Shown here in pieces: positions 1 to 13,116 of a stretch of DNA of 64,000 nt. The DNA lies in NCBI GenBank assembly GCA_013239625.1, contig MU053873.1, forward strand, positions 510,524 to 574,523, in the 5' to 3' direction. Position 1 is the first letter of the stretch. Each line of letters opens with the position of its first letter. The stretch comes from Lama guanicoe. Taxonomy: Eukaryota. The notes below the pieces were generated by a model that made no database searches, was not told where the DNA came from, and saw nothing but the letters and a program-made list of their open reading frames with translations. The translations under genes were made by a program, and so were the position numbers.

Positions 1-237
1 TGGGAGTATTTTCCTCCTCAGCTGAGAACTACTGCTTTAGGCAAAAAAAAAATCACTTTGGTCTAGATTAGTAGGTGGTTGAACCAGGCCTTTGAGGCCA
101 GCATTGGGAACCGCCCTGAGGCCAGAGGTTGAAGCCTCTCTCTGGCTCTGCGATCAGCCCCAGAGCAGACCCCTGGGGCATCAGTGTCTGCCCTCTTCTT
201 CCCATCCCTCTTCCTTTCAGGAGGGCCACGCAGCACA

Positions 238-318
238 ATGCCCGCTCTGCCCCTGGACCAACTCCAGATCACCCACAAGGACCTGAAGACAGGGAAGCTG
301 AGGACTTCACCAGCGCTG
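238..318 (+). CDS. ASCC2: ASCC2 coding exon 1 (MPALPLDQLQITHKDLKTGKLRTSPAL)
   Basis: Pyrimidine tract plus AG at 219-220, ATG at 238, donor GTGAGC at 319. Peptide matches the recalled N-terminus of activating signal cointegrator 1 complex subunit 2. The non-coding first exon lies upstream of the window. Confidence 0.96.
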
Positions 319-1074
319 GTGAGCCAGTGCCTTGAGGCCGTGCAGCCTGATATTATCATTCTTGCAATTTCAGAAGAAAAAAAGTAAATTCCTTCTTCAT
401 CTGTTCTAGGAATGACCCGAGGGCCACAGTCTGTAATTCGGTAGCTGGGGTACAACCAGGTGCTCCCAGGAGGGGTGTAGAAGTTTCCTTTCCAAGCAGC
501 AGCTTGAATTTGAGTAGGATTTTCCATGCCACCGCCCCACACCTTCCGTACAGGGCATTTCATTTTGAATCAAAGTCTGATGGCAGTTCTGACTCAGCCA
601 GAGCTGGCCTGGCCTTGGATCCAGCCCAAAGCTGGGTCTGGGGATTGGACCCTTTGGGAGGTGTTCAGGTTTCAGATGGGCCTTTTTCAGAGCTCTCTCA
701 GCTGCTATCCGCTTCAGCGGGAACACTCACTTGAGAGGTAAGGCTGTCTTTTCTCTCAACCAGCCAAGAAGCACCACAGACAGACTCGGCAGGGCTCGTG
801 AGACTGAAAATGAAGGAGGCCATGAGCGTGCCAGTTACTAGCCTTGGAGAGATTAGAGGCACGGAGAGGTGCCAGGCTGCTAAAGGAGACAGACGCGGGG
901 CCTGGAGTCCCCTTTACCCCTTCCTGTTTTCCCAACAATATGAGCTTAATTAAACAAGGTGGGAGGAAGTCTTTTCTAGGGGCTTGAGTAAATTCGTGGG
1001 AGACAAGAGCTTGATGTTTTATTTCCTGCTTTCTGGATGGCTTCCTATTACTTTGTAACCACCCTCTAATAATA

Positions 1075-1295
1075 GTACTTAATATTTACAGAGCACTCGC
1101 TCTGGGCCAGACCTTTCTAAACCCTTTACCTGATTATCTCATTTAAGCTGCACTGCAGCCCTGTGAGTAGGCATTTTGGTGGTCCCCATTTTACAGATGA
1201 GGAAACTAAGAGTTCAAGGTCACAAAGCTAGACAATTAGGGGAGCCAGGATGGGAACCCAGCCAGGCTGCCCCAAGAGCCTGTGCCCTTAACCTT
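1075..1295 (-). mobile_element. MIR SINE (representative; many more, e.g. ~2370-2520, 9130-9260, 21290-21530, 29795-29990, 41250-41370, 47350-47585, 57110-57310)
   Basis: MIR core CCCCATTTTACAGATGAGGAAACT...AAGGTCACA. Confidence 0.85.
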
Positions 1296-1327
1296 TCTGC
1301 TGTGAAGCCTCCTGTTCCTTTTTCATA

Positions 1328-1478
1328 GTTTTTTTTTTAATTGAGGTATAGGTGATGTCCAATGTTGTATGTTTCAGATGTATAACATAGTGATTCACAA
1401 TTTAAGAGGTTACATTCCATCTTTAGCTATTATAAGATGTTGGCTCTATTCCCTGTGTTGTACAATATATCCTTGTGT
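1328..1478 (-). mobile_element. L1 3'-end fragment
   Basis: Poly-T followed by AATTGAGGTATAG...ACATAGTGATTCA...CCCTGTGTTGTACAATATATCCTTG, typical of an antisense L1 3' UTR. Confidence 0.7.
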
Positions 1479-1519
1479 TCATAACCTTTTTATATAAGGA
1501 GGATATTTATCAGAAAATC

Positions 1520-1678
1520 AAGAACTGTTCTGTCTAATACATTAGCCGTTCACCACAGATAGTGATTGAACTCTTGGAATTGTGGATATTTCAATCGAGG
1601 AACTGGACTTTTAATTTAGTTGATTTAAATTAAAATAGCCCCATACAGTGAGAGCCTACTGTATTGGCCAGCACGAGC
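1520..1678. mobile_element. MER33/MER3-like hAT-Charlie DNA transposon relic
   Basis: GAGGAACTGGACTTTTAATTT...TTTAAATTAAAATAGCC...CTACTGTATTGGCCAGCAC resembles the recalled consensus. Confidence 0.6.
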
Positions 1679-3319
1679 CAGGTGTGGAGCAGTTCCATCT
1701 CTGCAGAAGTCCTTTTGGGTGGTGCTGGTGGAGACTGGTTCCTTGAGTCTGATTTCCCACCTCAGCCCTTTCCCTGTGTGCTAGACACCTGGGCTGCCAG
1801 GCTGTGGGCTCTGTGGGAGCAGGGACCTGGTCCCTTCCCTTCACTCTGGTTTTCCAGTGCCAGGTACATAGCAGGCTCTCTGGAGACATTCAGTAAACAA
1901 GTCAAGCACCCCAGCCTGGCTTTGTGACAGACACTAGAGCCACAAAGAGGAAAGACGTGGTTCTTGCCCTTGAGGGTCCCATGGGCCGAGAGAGAAGCAA
2001 ACTGGTAGAATCTCTGCAGTGTGGTCAGGATTGTGATGGAGGGAAGTCCCAGCTGCCATGTGAGCTGAGGGCCCAGGCTGCTGTCCAGACCAACGAGGTA
2101 TGTGAGCACAGGGAGGTCTTGAGGAGCGGGGGGCACATGCCACCCGGGAAGCCTTCGTGTAGGAGAGGGATCCTGAACTGGGAATTGAAGGGTGAAGAAG
2201 CACTGGCCAGGCAGGGCAGTGGGAGAAGGGTGGACCTGGCAGGAGGACCTGAGTATCATGTCCTGGAGTCCTGAGAGCCTGACTCCTACACCAACCTCTG
2301 GTCACTGGGGGTGGAAGTGGTATCACAGAGCTAAGGAGCTCGGCTTTGTGTTTAATCTCACACATTCTTGACCATGTCACTTTGGGCAAGTTACTTAACC
2401 TCTCTAAGCCTCAGGATCCAAAAAGGGTAACAAGAATTAGTGTTGTGGGGTGGTTGTGAGGATTAAATGAGATGTGTGTGAATTTAGCACTGTGGCTAGA
2501 ACATAGTGAGCACTCAGTAAAGATGGTGATGGTGGCTATGACAGTGACAGCGGCATTAAGAATGGGATGGAGGGCAGGGAGAGAGACGAGCTGAGGATGG
2601 CAGCTGTCCAGCTGAGGAGCTGTCTTGTCGTCCGGGCTGCAGATCCCTGGAAGCTCCTGAAAGATTGTCCTGAGATATGCACCCACCCTGTATTTGTCTC
2701 TTTAGCCCCAATTTGGGAGAAGATCTCTAGCAAAGGGACAGCCATCATGCTGCCTTTGCAGAGGGACAGCTGAAGCTGATATTTATTGGCTAGTTACCGT
2801 GCAGACATACAAACTTGCTATTGAGAAGCCAAAAGAAATCAAGTCTGGGGCCAAAATGGGTGAATGAGCTCCTGAGAAAGACAAGGCTCGTTGAAGTGGA
2901 GCATTTGGAGAACAGTACAAAATAGTTTCTCATCGAGATAAACAGAACAGAAGTTTGATGGGCAGAGAATGTTCAGAAAGCTTCTTGGAGCAAGTTGGAC
3001 CTACGCCAGACTTGAAGGGTGGAAGATGCCACTGGAGCCTACTGCTCTTTGCCCTGGAACCTTCCACGATCCCCACTGCCTACAGAACAACGTCCCCAAT
3101 CTCGAATGTGGCATTCAAGTCCTTCAAAAACCTGGGCAGGTTCTAGTCCTTCATTGCCTCTGTTCGTTCCTTTGTTCAACCAGTAAGTGTATCCAGAGGG
3201 TCTGCTCGATGCCAAGCACTGTTCTCCGGACTGGAAATGCTGTGGCGAGCAAGGCTCAGACTCCCTGCAGAGACCCACAGGGTAGTGGCGGAAACAGAGA
3301 AGGCAGGCCCTCCCTTTTA

Positions 3320-3535
3320 TATAACTTTATTGGGGTATCATTGAAGGACAATAAACTACACATATTTAAAGTATACAGTTTGATTGGTTTTGACACCTGT
3401 ATACACCCAGGAAACCATCACCATAATCAAAATAACAGACATCTCTGCCACTCCCCAAGGTGTCCTTGTGCCCCTCCATAGTCTCTCCCGTCCTCTCTCC
3501 CTGCCCACAGCAACTACACATCTGAAAGCACTTCT
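3320..3535 (-). mobile_element. Old L1M 3' fragment
   Basis: AACTTTATTGGGGTAT...ATTTAAAGTATACAGTTTGAT...ACCATCACCATAATCAA pattern. Confidence 0.7.
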
Positions 3536-5224
3536 GATGCAATTTAGCAAGTGCTACAGTTGGTAGAAACACTGGTGAACCCCTAGCCTAGTCAGGGTGG
3601 GAGTTGGGAGGCTTCCTGGAGGAGGTGAGGTTGGAGCTGGGGTCAGAAGGACGAGCAGTGAGACCAGGGTGGCACGTGGTACTGCAGGTCATTTAGAAGG
3701 TCCGCAGGGTAAGCTTTGGTTTAAATCCTGCCTCAGTTGCCTCCTTAGCTCTGTGACCTTGGCAGAGTTCCTGAATCTGACTGAGTCTTGGTTTCCTCCT
3801 CTGTCGAGTGGGGAGAATACGATCTCCCTTTGAAATAGTTGTAGAGAAAAAAGAAATTGGCTGTGGGACATGCCTGCTCAGCAGCCAACGTGGGGCAGGT
3901 CCTCAGCAAGTGGTGGCTTTTATTATCATCATACCAGCATCTCGCCCTCCAAATCCATCTCCCACTGCCCGGTGCACTCTGTGCCCTTTTTTTTTAATGG
4001 CCTCCATGAAAATACTGTGTCTTCCATCTAAAAATCCTTCTCATCCTCCGAGGCCCAGCTCAGTTGCTGCCTGCTCTGGGAAGCTTTGTCCTGCTGGCGC
4101 AGTTGACCACTTGGTGCACTCCCACAGTCACTCTGCCAGGTTTGAGCTGTCTGCGTTGTGCTCACTTGTTGGCTGAGATGTGCATCCTCCCCCTGGGGAA
4201 TGGGCTCTGGCAGCCCTCGGATGTGCGTCCCCACACCTGGCACAGCAGGGCGCCAGTAACTGTTTGTCAGATTGCAGGAAGGTAGAGTCTCAGGGCTGTG
4301 TGTGTGTGTGTATGTGTTGGGTGAGTCAGGAGCGGTGAGTAGGCTGGCCTGAGAAGTGACCTAAGAGGTGAGGTGTCAACAGATGGAGGAAGGAGGGGAA
4401 CTTGGAAACCAAGGAGATGAAGTTAGGCATTAGAGAGAGGTTTTGAACTTGTTTCAGTCATCAGGATTCATTTTTCCTAAGAGTTAGACCTGGAGCCTGA
4501 TGGTATAAATTCTGATTTAAATGGGAGGGATCCCGATAGGTGCTCCCCAAGGAATCGTGTGGGACTCAAAGACTCCACAGTTTGCAGACCTGCGTTAGGC
4601 AGTCGGGAGGCATAGGTGGTTCTCAAGAAAACTGATCAGTCAGTGGTGTTTTTCCTGTCCCCCTGGACTGACAGCCCTGGAAGTGGGTGGACTGTGGTTG
4701 ATAACAGCTGAGACGTAGCCCGGCCTTCTTCCCACTACCACCTCCCCCAGAGAAAGCAGCTCTTCTGTAGTCAGAGGAGAACACTGAGCCCATCTTCTCT
4801 TCTTTATGACGAACAAAGTAAGAGTTGTTCATGGCAAGGTAAGGGTTGGGAGAGACAACTTGGGATGCTAAGCCGAGACCTGCAATTACGTGATTAGCAT
4901 CTTCCAAAAAGAAAAATTACCGAGGGTTTTTTTTTCTGATAATAAAAAGGAGACAGCACAATGATATGTACAATATGATACTGTTTGTGTCAGAAAGATA
5001 TAAAGAGGCCCAAACAGATGCCTCATATGGGTACATTTTAATGTCGGTGCTTAGAAAAGTTCCGTGAGGATGCTGAAGGATGCCCTCTGGGTTGACATGG
5101 GGACTGAGGGTGGTGTGGTCCTAGGTGACTCACCTTTCTGTACTTTTGTGAGTTTTTGAAAGACAAGATGCTCATGCCTCCCTTGTATAATTTTTTAAAT
5201 AATTTAAAAAATAATACATGCTCA

Positions 5225-5351
5225 TTTTTTTCGGTGGGGGGAAGTATTTAGGTTTATTCATTGATTTATTCTTAGAGGAGGTACTGGGGATTGAACCCAG
5301 GACCTCATGCATGCTAAGCATGCGCTCTACCACTTGAGCTATAACCTCCCC
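5225..5351 (-). mobile_element. Vic-1-type tRNA-derived SINE
   Basis: Reverse complement reads GGGGAGGTTATAGCTCAAGTGGTAGAGCGCATGCTTAGCATGCATGAGGTCCTGGGTTCAATCCCCAGTACCTCC with an A-rich tail; Pol III A and B boxes present. Confidence 0.85.
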
Positions 5352-5806
5352 ACGGATGCGCATTTATTTTCAAATTGGAAAAGACATTCAAGTCATAATC
5401 CCTTCTACTAGAGATGGCCGCTATTAGCTTTGGAGTGTTGTCCCCCACCCCCCCACGCATATTTTTTTAGCATGTATTAGTGTGTGACTGTGTTAAATAT
5501 GTGTACTTTTTTTTTAAATCCCCAAGCTGGTTATATTAAATAGAGAGGTTTGTGTCCTATTTTTCTTCCCTCAACCTTTCCCTGTGTCGTTAAATATTCT
5601 CCAAAAATCATGGTTTTTAATGCCCGCCTAGTGTTCCCTGGATGCAACCAAGCCCCCTCTGTTAGAGACACTTGGTTCTTTATGCTTCAAAGCTCCTTGG
5701 AGGGTCACCGGTTGGAACAGCCAAGTGTTGTCATTGCTGTGGGTTGGCAAATGGGCCCTCGCTGACTAACCTCTGCCACGTTAACACGTGGTTTTTGGAT
5801 CCGTAG

Positions 5807-5965
5807 CACCCCGAGCAGAAGGCAGACCGGTATTTTGTGTTATACAAACCGCCCCCTAAAGACAACATTCCCGCCCTAGTGGAGGAGTACCTGGAACGCG
5901 CCACCTTCGTAGCCAATGACCTCGACTGGCTCCTGGCCTTGCCTCACGATAAATTCTGGTGCCAG
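5807..5965 (+). CDS. ASCC2: ASCC2 coding exon 2 (HPEQKADRYFVLYKPPP...DKFWCQ)
   Basis: TAG acceptor ending 5806, GTAAAA donor at 5966; 159 nt, phase 0-0; matches ASCC2. Confidence 0.96.
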
Positions 5966-6329
5966 GTAAAATTCTATCAAAATTAATGCTAAGACAAAGC
6001 ACATGACATGCCGTTGGTTGGTTGCTGTTGTTTTTCTCCCCCAGGAGATGCTCTTTTCTCTACTTCTTACACTGGATCCTTAACAGCAAATTGTGGTTTG
6101 GATTGCTCTGTCTTGTATCACAATCTTAATGACGTTTACACAACACCTTCCAACGTGTCATTGTTAGAAACTTGTGTTTAGCCCTCGGCTCATTCATACC
6201 TCCTTGGTCCCTTGGGGTTGGAGTGTTTGCCCCAGGCCAGGGCTGATGGGCCGGGAGCCCCTGCACCATCCACCCTTGAGCCCTGGGGCCTCAGTGACCG
6301 ATCCCCCTCTCCCCTGTCGCCTGGCTTAG

Positions 6330-6500
6330 GTCATCTTCGACGAGACCCTGCAGAAGTGCCTGGACTCCTACCTGCGCTATGTCCCCCGGAAGTTCGACGA
6401 GTGGGTGGCCCCGGCCCTGGAGGTTGTTGACATGCAGAAGCGCCTGCACCGAAGTGTTTTTCTCACCTTCCTCCGCATGTCCACTCACAAAGAATCCAAA
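6330..6500 (+). CDS. ASCC2: ASCC2 coding exon 3 (VIFDETLQKCLDSYLRYVPRKFD...STHKESK)
   Basis: TAG acceptor, GTAAGC donor; 171 nt, phase 0-0. Confidence 0.96.
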
Positions 6501-7508
6501 GTAAGCCCCTGATCCCATGACAGGTCGCCAGTGACACCTGACGCCTCTGTGCCGGGCTCTCACCCCTGGGAAGGAAGGCTCTGGAAGTATCCAGTTTCCT
6601 CTTTGTCTCCCTTCTGCTTTTGTTCCCACTGTTGGGGAAGAAATCTGTGCCACCTCCCTTATCCTCTCAGTCCCCGGGTCTCCTGCGTTACACCCGGTGT
6701 TTCCATCAACAGGAGCCGAGGGCCCTGGGCCAGGTGACGTGTGACTCTGCCTTTCCTCGTGCGTCAGGGCGAGAAAACATTGCTTATGATTTTTAAAAGG
6801 AACTAGTATGTGCTTTTTAAAAACCTTTACCTTTTCCTCCCTCGATTTTAAAAATAATAATTCTGCCTCTAAGGAACTCAAACATTACGGAGGTATTTTG
6901 TAGATAATGAAAGTCACCCACAAAATGCCCTCCCCTCAGAATAACCACTGTTAAGCTGTGTGTTCCTTCAGGGAACTTTTTTCTTTTCAATACTGTGTGT
7001 GCATGTGTGTGTATGTGTGTGTGCCCGCATATCTGTGTCCATATTTCTTTTAAAAATAGTTTCTTGCTTTTTTTTTTTCCTAACTTGTTAGCATGGACAT
7101 TTTCAAATATACACGAAAGTATAATGAATCCCATGTACCCGTTACCCGGCTTCAACAGTTATCAGCATTTTACCAATCTTGTTTTCTCTCTCTCCCTGAG
7201 GATTTTTTTTTTCCCTTGGAGTGTTTTAAAGCAGTCCCAGACATCATGATCATTTACCCGTAAACAGTTTAGAATGAATCCTCAGCTGATGATTTTAAAG
7301 TGTGCTTTTGCTTCTTTTTGCTGTAAAATGAAGAGTGACCGTTGCTCCGGGTCAGCACAGGAGGCTGAGATATGTTCACGGTGTGAACAGAGCTTCGTCT
7401 GTCAGCCAGGCCCCTGTTGGTGGACCCGATTGTTGTTTCTTGTGAGTTTGCTGTTACTTCACAATGCGCAGATCTTTGGAAAGTCTCTCATCCTTTCTGT
7501 ATCCTTAG

Positions 7509-7638
7509 GAACACTTCATCTCCCCGTCTGCTTTTGGAGAAATCCTTTACAACAACTTCCTGTTTGACATCCCAAAGATCCTGGACCTCTGCGTGCTCTT
7601 TGGCAAAGGCAACTCCCCGCTGCTGCAGAAGATGATAG
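7509..7638 (+). CDS. ASCC2: ASCC2 coding exon 4 (EHFISPSAFGEILYNNFLFDIPKILDLCVLFGKGNSPLLQKMI)
   Basis: TAG acceptor, GTACGT donor; 130 nt, phase 0-1. Confidence 0.96.
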
Positions 7639-9922
7639 GTACGTGGGGCCCGGGGCTGGGGGGAGGCATAGAGATGGCCCCCCCATGCCAAAGGGGGGTC
7701 CCAAAGGCAGTGCCCCGATGAGCGTGGGGGTGGGGGTTCAGAGCAGCAACAGCAACAGCAGGTGGTGCTTGGAAATGACTTAACTGATAGTTGTGTCGAC
7801 TGAAAGAAGTGACAAAGCGGTGGTGGGGGAGTGGAGACAGAGTGGGTATCACAGGGTCCCCCAGGATCTTGGAGTCCTCGTATTGGAGTCCAAACATGTC
7901 ACACAGCTGAAGGAATGGGGGAGTTTGCTTCAGCAATGAGAGTAAGAGCACCAGCGACAGCTCACCTTTATCTGAGCGCCCACTGGGGGCCCGGCAGGCC
8001 GCTGGGCCTTCCTTGTGGGTTATCTCAGCTGAGCCCCACAGCAGCCCTGCCATGGCAGTGGCGTCATCATCCCCATTGACGGTTAAGGAAACTGAGGTGA
8101 AGATGTCAGGGACTTGCCTGAGAGCCCACGACTACTGTGTGGCCAAGCTGGGATTTGTGTCACTTAGGCCCAACTCTCAAGCTCTTGCCCTTTGCCACTT
8201 CCTGCCTCAGGGATGCTGAGGCTGCCTCGGAAATGTCACGATCTGCAGTGATGCTGAGAACAGGTGGGGCAGAGTTCAGAGAGGGCTCTTACGTTGTGAA
8301 GGGAACAGACATCAGCAGTTGGATCCTGTCGGGAGGCCTTGGGCCGGAGGGTTCACTCAGAGGCGGAAGCTTTGTTGGGATGCTAGAGGGCAAACAGCGC
8401 CCCTAGGGGATCCGTCCTTGAATCAGAGCTCATGGCCTTGGGCCGGGCACAGAGAGGTGCTCACCCTGGACACCCCCGTCAGCCCTCTTCACCATGAGAT
8501 TGTAGGACACAGTCTTGCAAACGTCCAGTTACAAAGCTGAGTTATCCCTTGAAATGGTTTCCTTCCATTGTTAATTTAGAAAACTTTGTTAATTTAGAAA
8601 ATTTTGGATGAATGTAAGTTTAAAGAAACAGGAAAGCAATGACCAAATACCTCCACCCAGAGACAGTCACTTGCAGTATTTCCTTCTAGCCTTTTCTCTG
8701 TGTATTGTTTTAAAAACATACCAGAGCATAATATATATGAAATTTCCCATCCAGCTTTTTTATCGGAACAACCTCTGATTTCTCATTCACATCTAATCAT
8801 TGCCCAATCAACAGTTAATTCTTTTATTTTCTCAGAGACAGTTACACTATCATGTTGACTGAGAGGATGGGGTGAGTGAGCAAAATCACGCATGATCAGT
8901 TAGAGAAACAGTTATCAGGCCGGTTTGTTTAGAGCAGAGCATTCCAGGAGGGCAGCGCCGGAGCCAGGGAAGGAAGCTGGGCTGGGTCGGGCGGGCACCA
9001 CGCCAGGCTTTGGCACTCATGGAGCGAGCGATGTTGCTGGTGGTAAAGAAGGAGGGCTTGTAGACCTGAACTGCCTGATCTACACCCCAGCTCTCTTCCT
9101 GAGTATATCACTTTGACTGGGTCAGTTAGCCCCACTCGAAGCCTCAGTTTTCTCATCTGATAAAAGGGAAGACTAGTGACCCACCTCATACGATGGTTGT
9201 GGGGGTTAAATATGAGGTGGTGCCTGGCATGTTATAGGCACTTGGTAAGCGTGAGCTCTTATTGTGATGAGGCCGTGGGAGCCTCTAGGAGCTGGAGCAG
9301 GGCAGGGAGCCAGCTGGTATCAAGGTTAATCTGGCAGCACAGAGGTGGGGGGAGTGGGGGACCGGAGGCCGTGGAGGAGGCCAGTGCTTCAGTGTGGATT
9401 CAAGGTGAGAGTTTGGGTGGGCTGCTGGGGTGGAAAAGGACATCCAGGAGGCAGCGTGAAGCAGGGCTTAGTGAGGTCAGCTGGAGGGAGAGGTCAACGA
9501 CTCTGGACAAAACGGGTGTTGGAGAGCAGGCTGAGGGAGTGGGCTGTGACGGAGGCAAGGTCAGCGTTAGATCTGTGGGCTGTAGGTGGCTCCCAAGATC
9601 TGGGGGAGGTGGCATCTGGCTGCAGTTTCAGACAGGCAAGGGTGGACTGACGAAGCTCTGCTTGCTGCCAGGGTTCCTCGTCTTTGGGGTCACTGGCTTC
9701 TTTGAGAATCAGATGAGAGCTTGTCTCCCGAAAAAATACTTCCTCATAGATTTTGAGGTGTTTTGGAATGTTCTTGTCCCCAGATTGAGAACTGTAAATT
9801 GGCTTGTGAAGGAGAGCCCTTTCTTTGGCTCACAGAGGATGGTTAACAGAAAAGAGGGCAGGATCAGGTATCAGGAACCCCTTCATTCTTCTGTCTTTAG
9901 GCCCCTTCTTCACACCCTCCAG

Positions 9923-9942
9923 CACAAACACACACACACCCA

Positions 9943-9976
<34 letters not shown>
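9923..9976. repeat. Interrupted (CA)n microsatellite
   Basis: Direct reading. Confidence 0.95.
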
Positions 9977-9979
<3 letters not shown>

Positions 9980-12113
9980 CCGCTCTTTGCAACCCTTGAA
10001 TAGAAGACACAAGACATAGCAAGGGGCAACCTCCCCTATCTCTACCACAGAAGCTCTTGAGCAGAGCAGATCAGCTGGAAGAGGGTTGACAAAGGAGAGA
10101 AGCAGGGAGCAGGGAACTGGCCAACTGTCCTTTGGGCAGAAGCCCAGTCCTTGCCCTTCCCCCACTTCTGGCTTTTTTTAAACCTCAAGGCTGGTGTTGT
10201 GAGCCAGCAGGTGTGATTGTGAAAGCAGGGCCTTTCAATTAGACTCCCTCGGAGCCGCTTTGCCAAAGCTGGAGTGAGGCCTTGGCCCTGTCGAGGACAG
10301 CACCGATCTCTTTGGCGATAGCTCCCATCCCCCTTGGGTTTCTGAACAGCCTCAGTCTGAGAAGGAACATTTCAAGGGATGCCATTGCTGTCCCTACCTT
10401 TTTAATTATTTCTTTAAGAGATCAAAAGTCAGATCTTCACTGTCACTGGAATCAGATAAAGAAGAAGAAAGGGACTGCGAAGGCCCCAGGGGTAGACTGT
10501 GAAATGTGATCTATTTTGATGCTTATAGAACATCCCTGTTACTCAGGCTTAAGCACTGGAAGGATTAAGAGAGAGTGCCTTCCACCGCTCCTGGTGGTCC
10601 GGGTGTGGTGAGGACCACTGTGTGGCCCTGGGAATTATGGGAGGAGACCTGCTCCTGATGCTTGGGTCAGGGGGCTCTGCCTGGAGAAGGTGGCACCTGC
10701 CTTTTAGTGGACTTAGCTCTGGGAGGTCACTCCAGGCCTCAGGGCTCATTCCGTGAGGTTGAGAATGGTTTGAGGGAGGAATTCAATTTGGGGAATGGGG
10801 AGAGGTTGGCCAGAAATGCCTGCAGAGGCCACATTTCATAGGGCCAGTCATGCCATGGTCAAGAGTTTGAACTTGACCTTGAGGATATCAATAGGAGGGT
10901 TTTATGAGGAAGAGCGAAGGTTGGTGGGGAGACAGCTCAGCCACTCCTCACCTGTCAGGAGCAGGAGGTGGGCACAGATGGTCAGGGAGCACTTTCACAG
11001 GGTTAGGGATCAGCACCCATCTGGAGGTGGGAAGCGCTGAGCAGGCTCACGCTGGTTAAACACAGCTTTCTGGAATCAAGGGACGAAACGGCCTCTGGGA
11101 AAGTGTTTCCAGAAAGTCTAGCCACCTAGCGACTTGCTTAGTCACCCAGCCCCATCTGGCCTTTGATCTCATTCATTTTCAAATCCTCCAGGATGGGATG
11201 AGGGCCTCAGGGTTATCATTAAGGCAACCGAGGACAGACCTGCCCAAATACAGAGGACGCCTAGAATTGAGAACATCCTGACAGTCAACCAGCCTGAGAT
11301 GCTGGGATTGTAGTGGGATGCGGAAGCCAGGCCTCCTCTTAAGCGCATTGGCATTTTGCATCGTCTTGTCCCCCAGCTGGCTGTGATCCTCCCTCCCTCC
11401 CCTCCCTCACCATTTGGGCAGCCGGAACACTTGGTTTCTGTTACCATATGCTCTAAGCTCCACACTCACGGCAGCACTTGGAGGAGATAGTAGACCCTCA
11501 GAGAGAGGCTTCATTTTATACGAATAATTGCAAATGTGTGGCAAATCTGTTTCCAGGGCCCTTGCAGGCCTCTCACCTTGGGGTAGGGATTACTACAGCC
11601 AGTAGATTCAAAAGCGGAGGGTAAGAGAGTTTCTAGAGAAATTTCCCCCTAGGATCTCTGCACATTATTGGAGGCATGGCCTGGCAAGAATTCTGGACTG
11701 TGGCACCCAGGTGTCTTGAGCAAAGAGATCACATCTCCTCATTTTCCTGGATGACTGACTCCCACTGACAAAGCCAGTGCTGTCACACAAAGCACGGTGC
11801 CCAAGTGTGATCATTCTCTGGGGGACCGCAGGGTGAGCTGGTTTGACCAGAGCGAGTCTTTTACGTAATTCGCTGGGCAGAGGTGCTTAAAAGGTTAAAT
11901 TGTACGAGTGAGGTCCCCCCCCCTCAACCTCAGGGGAAGTTTCTAGGCTGGCCAAAGCTCTGTGCCAGCAGGGCCAGGGGCCAGGACTGCTCCAGCCAGG
12001 CGGGCTTCGGAAAGGGGAGAAAGGTCACAGAACATGCTGGCAGCCACTGGTAATGTGTCCTCTCCACCCCCACTGTCTCTTCCCTGATTCCTACCTTTCT
12101 CTTCTCTTTTCAG

Positions 12114-12181
12114 GAAACATCTTTATCCAGCAGCCAAGTTACTATAATGACCTAGATGAAACCATGCCCACCATCCTTCAG
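12114..12181 (+). CDS. ASCC2: ASCC2 coding exon 5 (GNIFIQQPSYYNDLDETMPTILQ)
   Basis: Long pyrimidine tract plus CAG, GTACCA donor; 68 nt, phase 1-0. Confidence 0.95.
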
Positions 12182-13116
12182 GTACCAGCTCCCAGCCCTA
12201 AATGGGGAGGGCAAGCTTGGGAGACACGCCCCTTCTCCCTCCTGTTCCTCACCTTCCCTGGAGGAGCCCGAGAAAAATGTTTACCCCCATCCTCCTCTAG
12301 ACCTGCCTCCAGACCATCTCTGCGTCCTACCTCTCACCTCACCCCTTGGAATTTGTCCTTCCCCCTCCTGAACAGGACTGAAATCTGAGAGTTGTCCACA
12401 CTCATAATACACAAAGAGCTTAGGATGCATCTTGTATCATTTGTCAACAGCCATGTGCCTCTAAGGATACCCCTGTGCTTCTCAGATCAGAGCTTTAGAG
12501 TCTTATAAAATCGTTTTACAAAATAATGTTCATTGTAGAAAATTTGACAAATACCAAAAAAAAAAAAAACCAGGAAAAGGAAGATTAATCTTCCTCCATA
12601 ATCCTACCACCAAGAGATGGCCACTGTTCACGGTAACTTAGAATTTTGCATGCTAGACTACTTAAATATGGTGCAATCAGTTAACTGCTTCCATGATTTT
12701 AAGATGGGCTCTGTTCTCCCCTCACTGTTGATTTGTCTTTTATTTCATAAATCACCATTTCCAGGAGATCCAAAAACATGTTACATGTTGCTGAATGTGT
12801 CTCCTAAATATTCATTACCACGCACAGGTGCCGCCATGCAGTCAGGTAACAGCTGCAGGGTTCCAGGGACCTTCCATACATTTAGTCACTTTAATCCTCA
12901 GCACAATCTTGTAAGAAGGGCGCTGCCATCACCCTCCTACACACTTTCCACTCTGACCCCACTCTCTGAGAAGGTCTTTGTCTCAGCTGTTGTCCCAGGA
13001 ACGCTGGCATATATTCTCAAGATTCCGAGGCAGGATCACCAGTCCCTCGATACAGGGCAGGGGTCTCAACTACTGGTTCGACAGGATGTGGGCAAAAAAC
13101 CTCTCGTGTTTCACAG

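Noticed and set aside
1466..1473. ATATCCTT U12 donor-like motif
   Set aside because: Lies inside an L1 fragment, with no upstream exon or matching U12 branch site.
5270..5351. tRNA-Ala-like sequence (also at 27190, 36945, 40610, 44360, 51840)
   Set aside because: Diverged multi-copy elements with A-rich tails and TSDs; these are SINEs, not tRNA genes.
9176..10003. 275-aa ORF on + strand
   Set aside because: Starts in a MIR, crosses degenerate repeat sequence and ends in a CA microsatellite (THTH run). It is intronic and resembles no protein I recognise.
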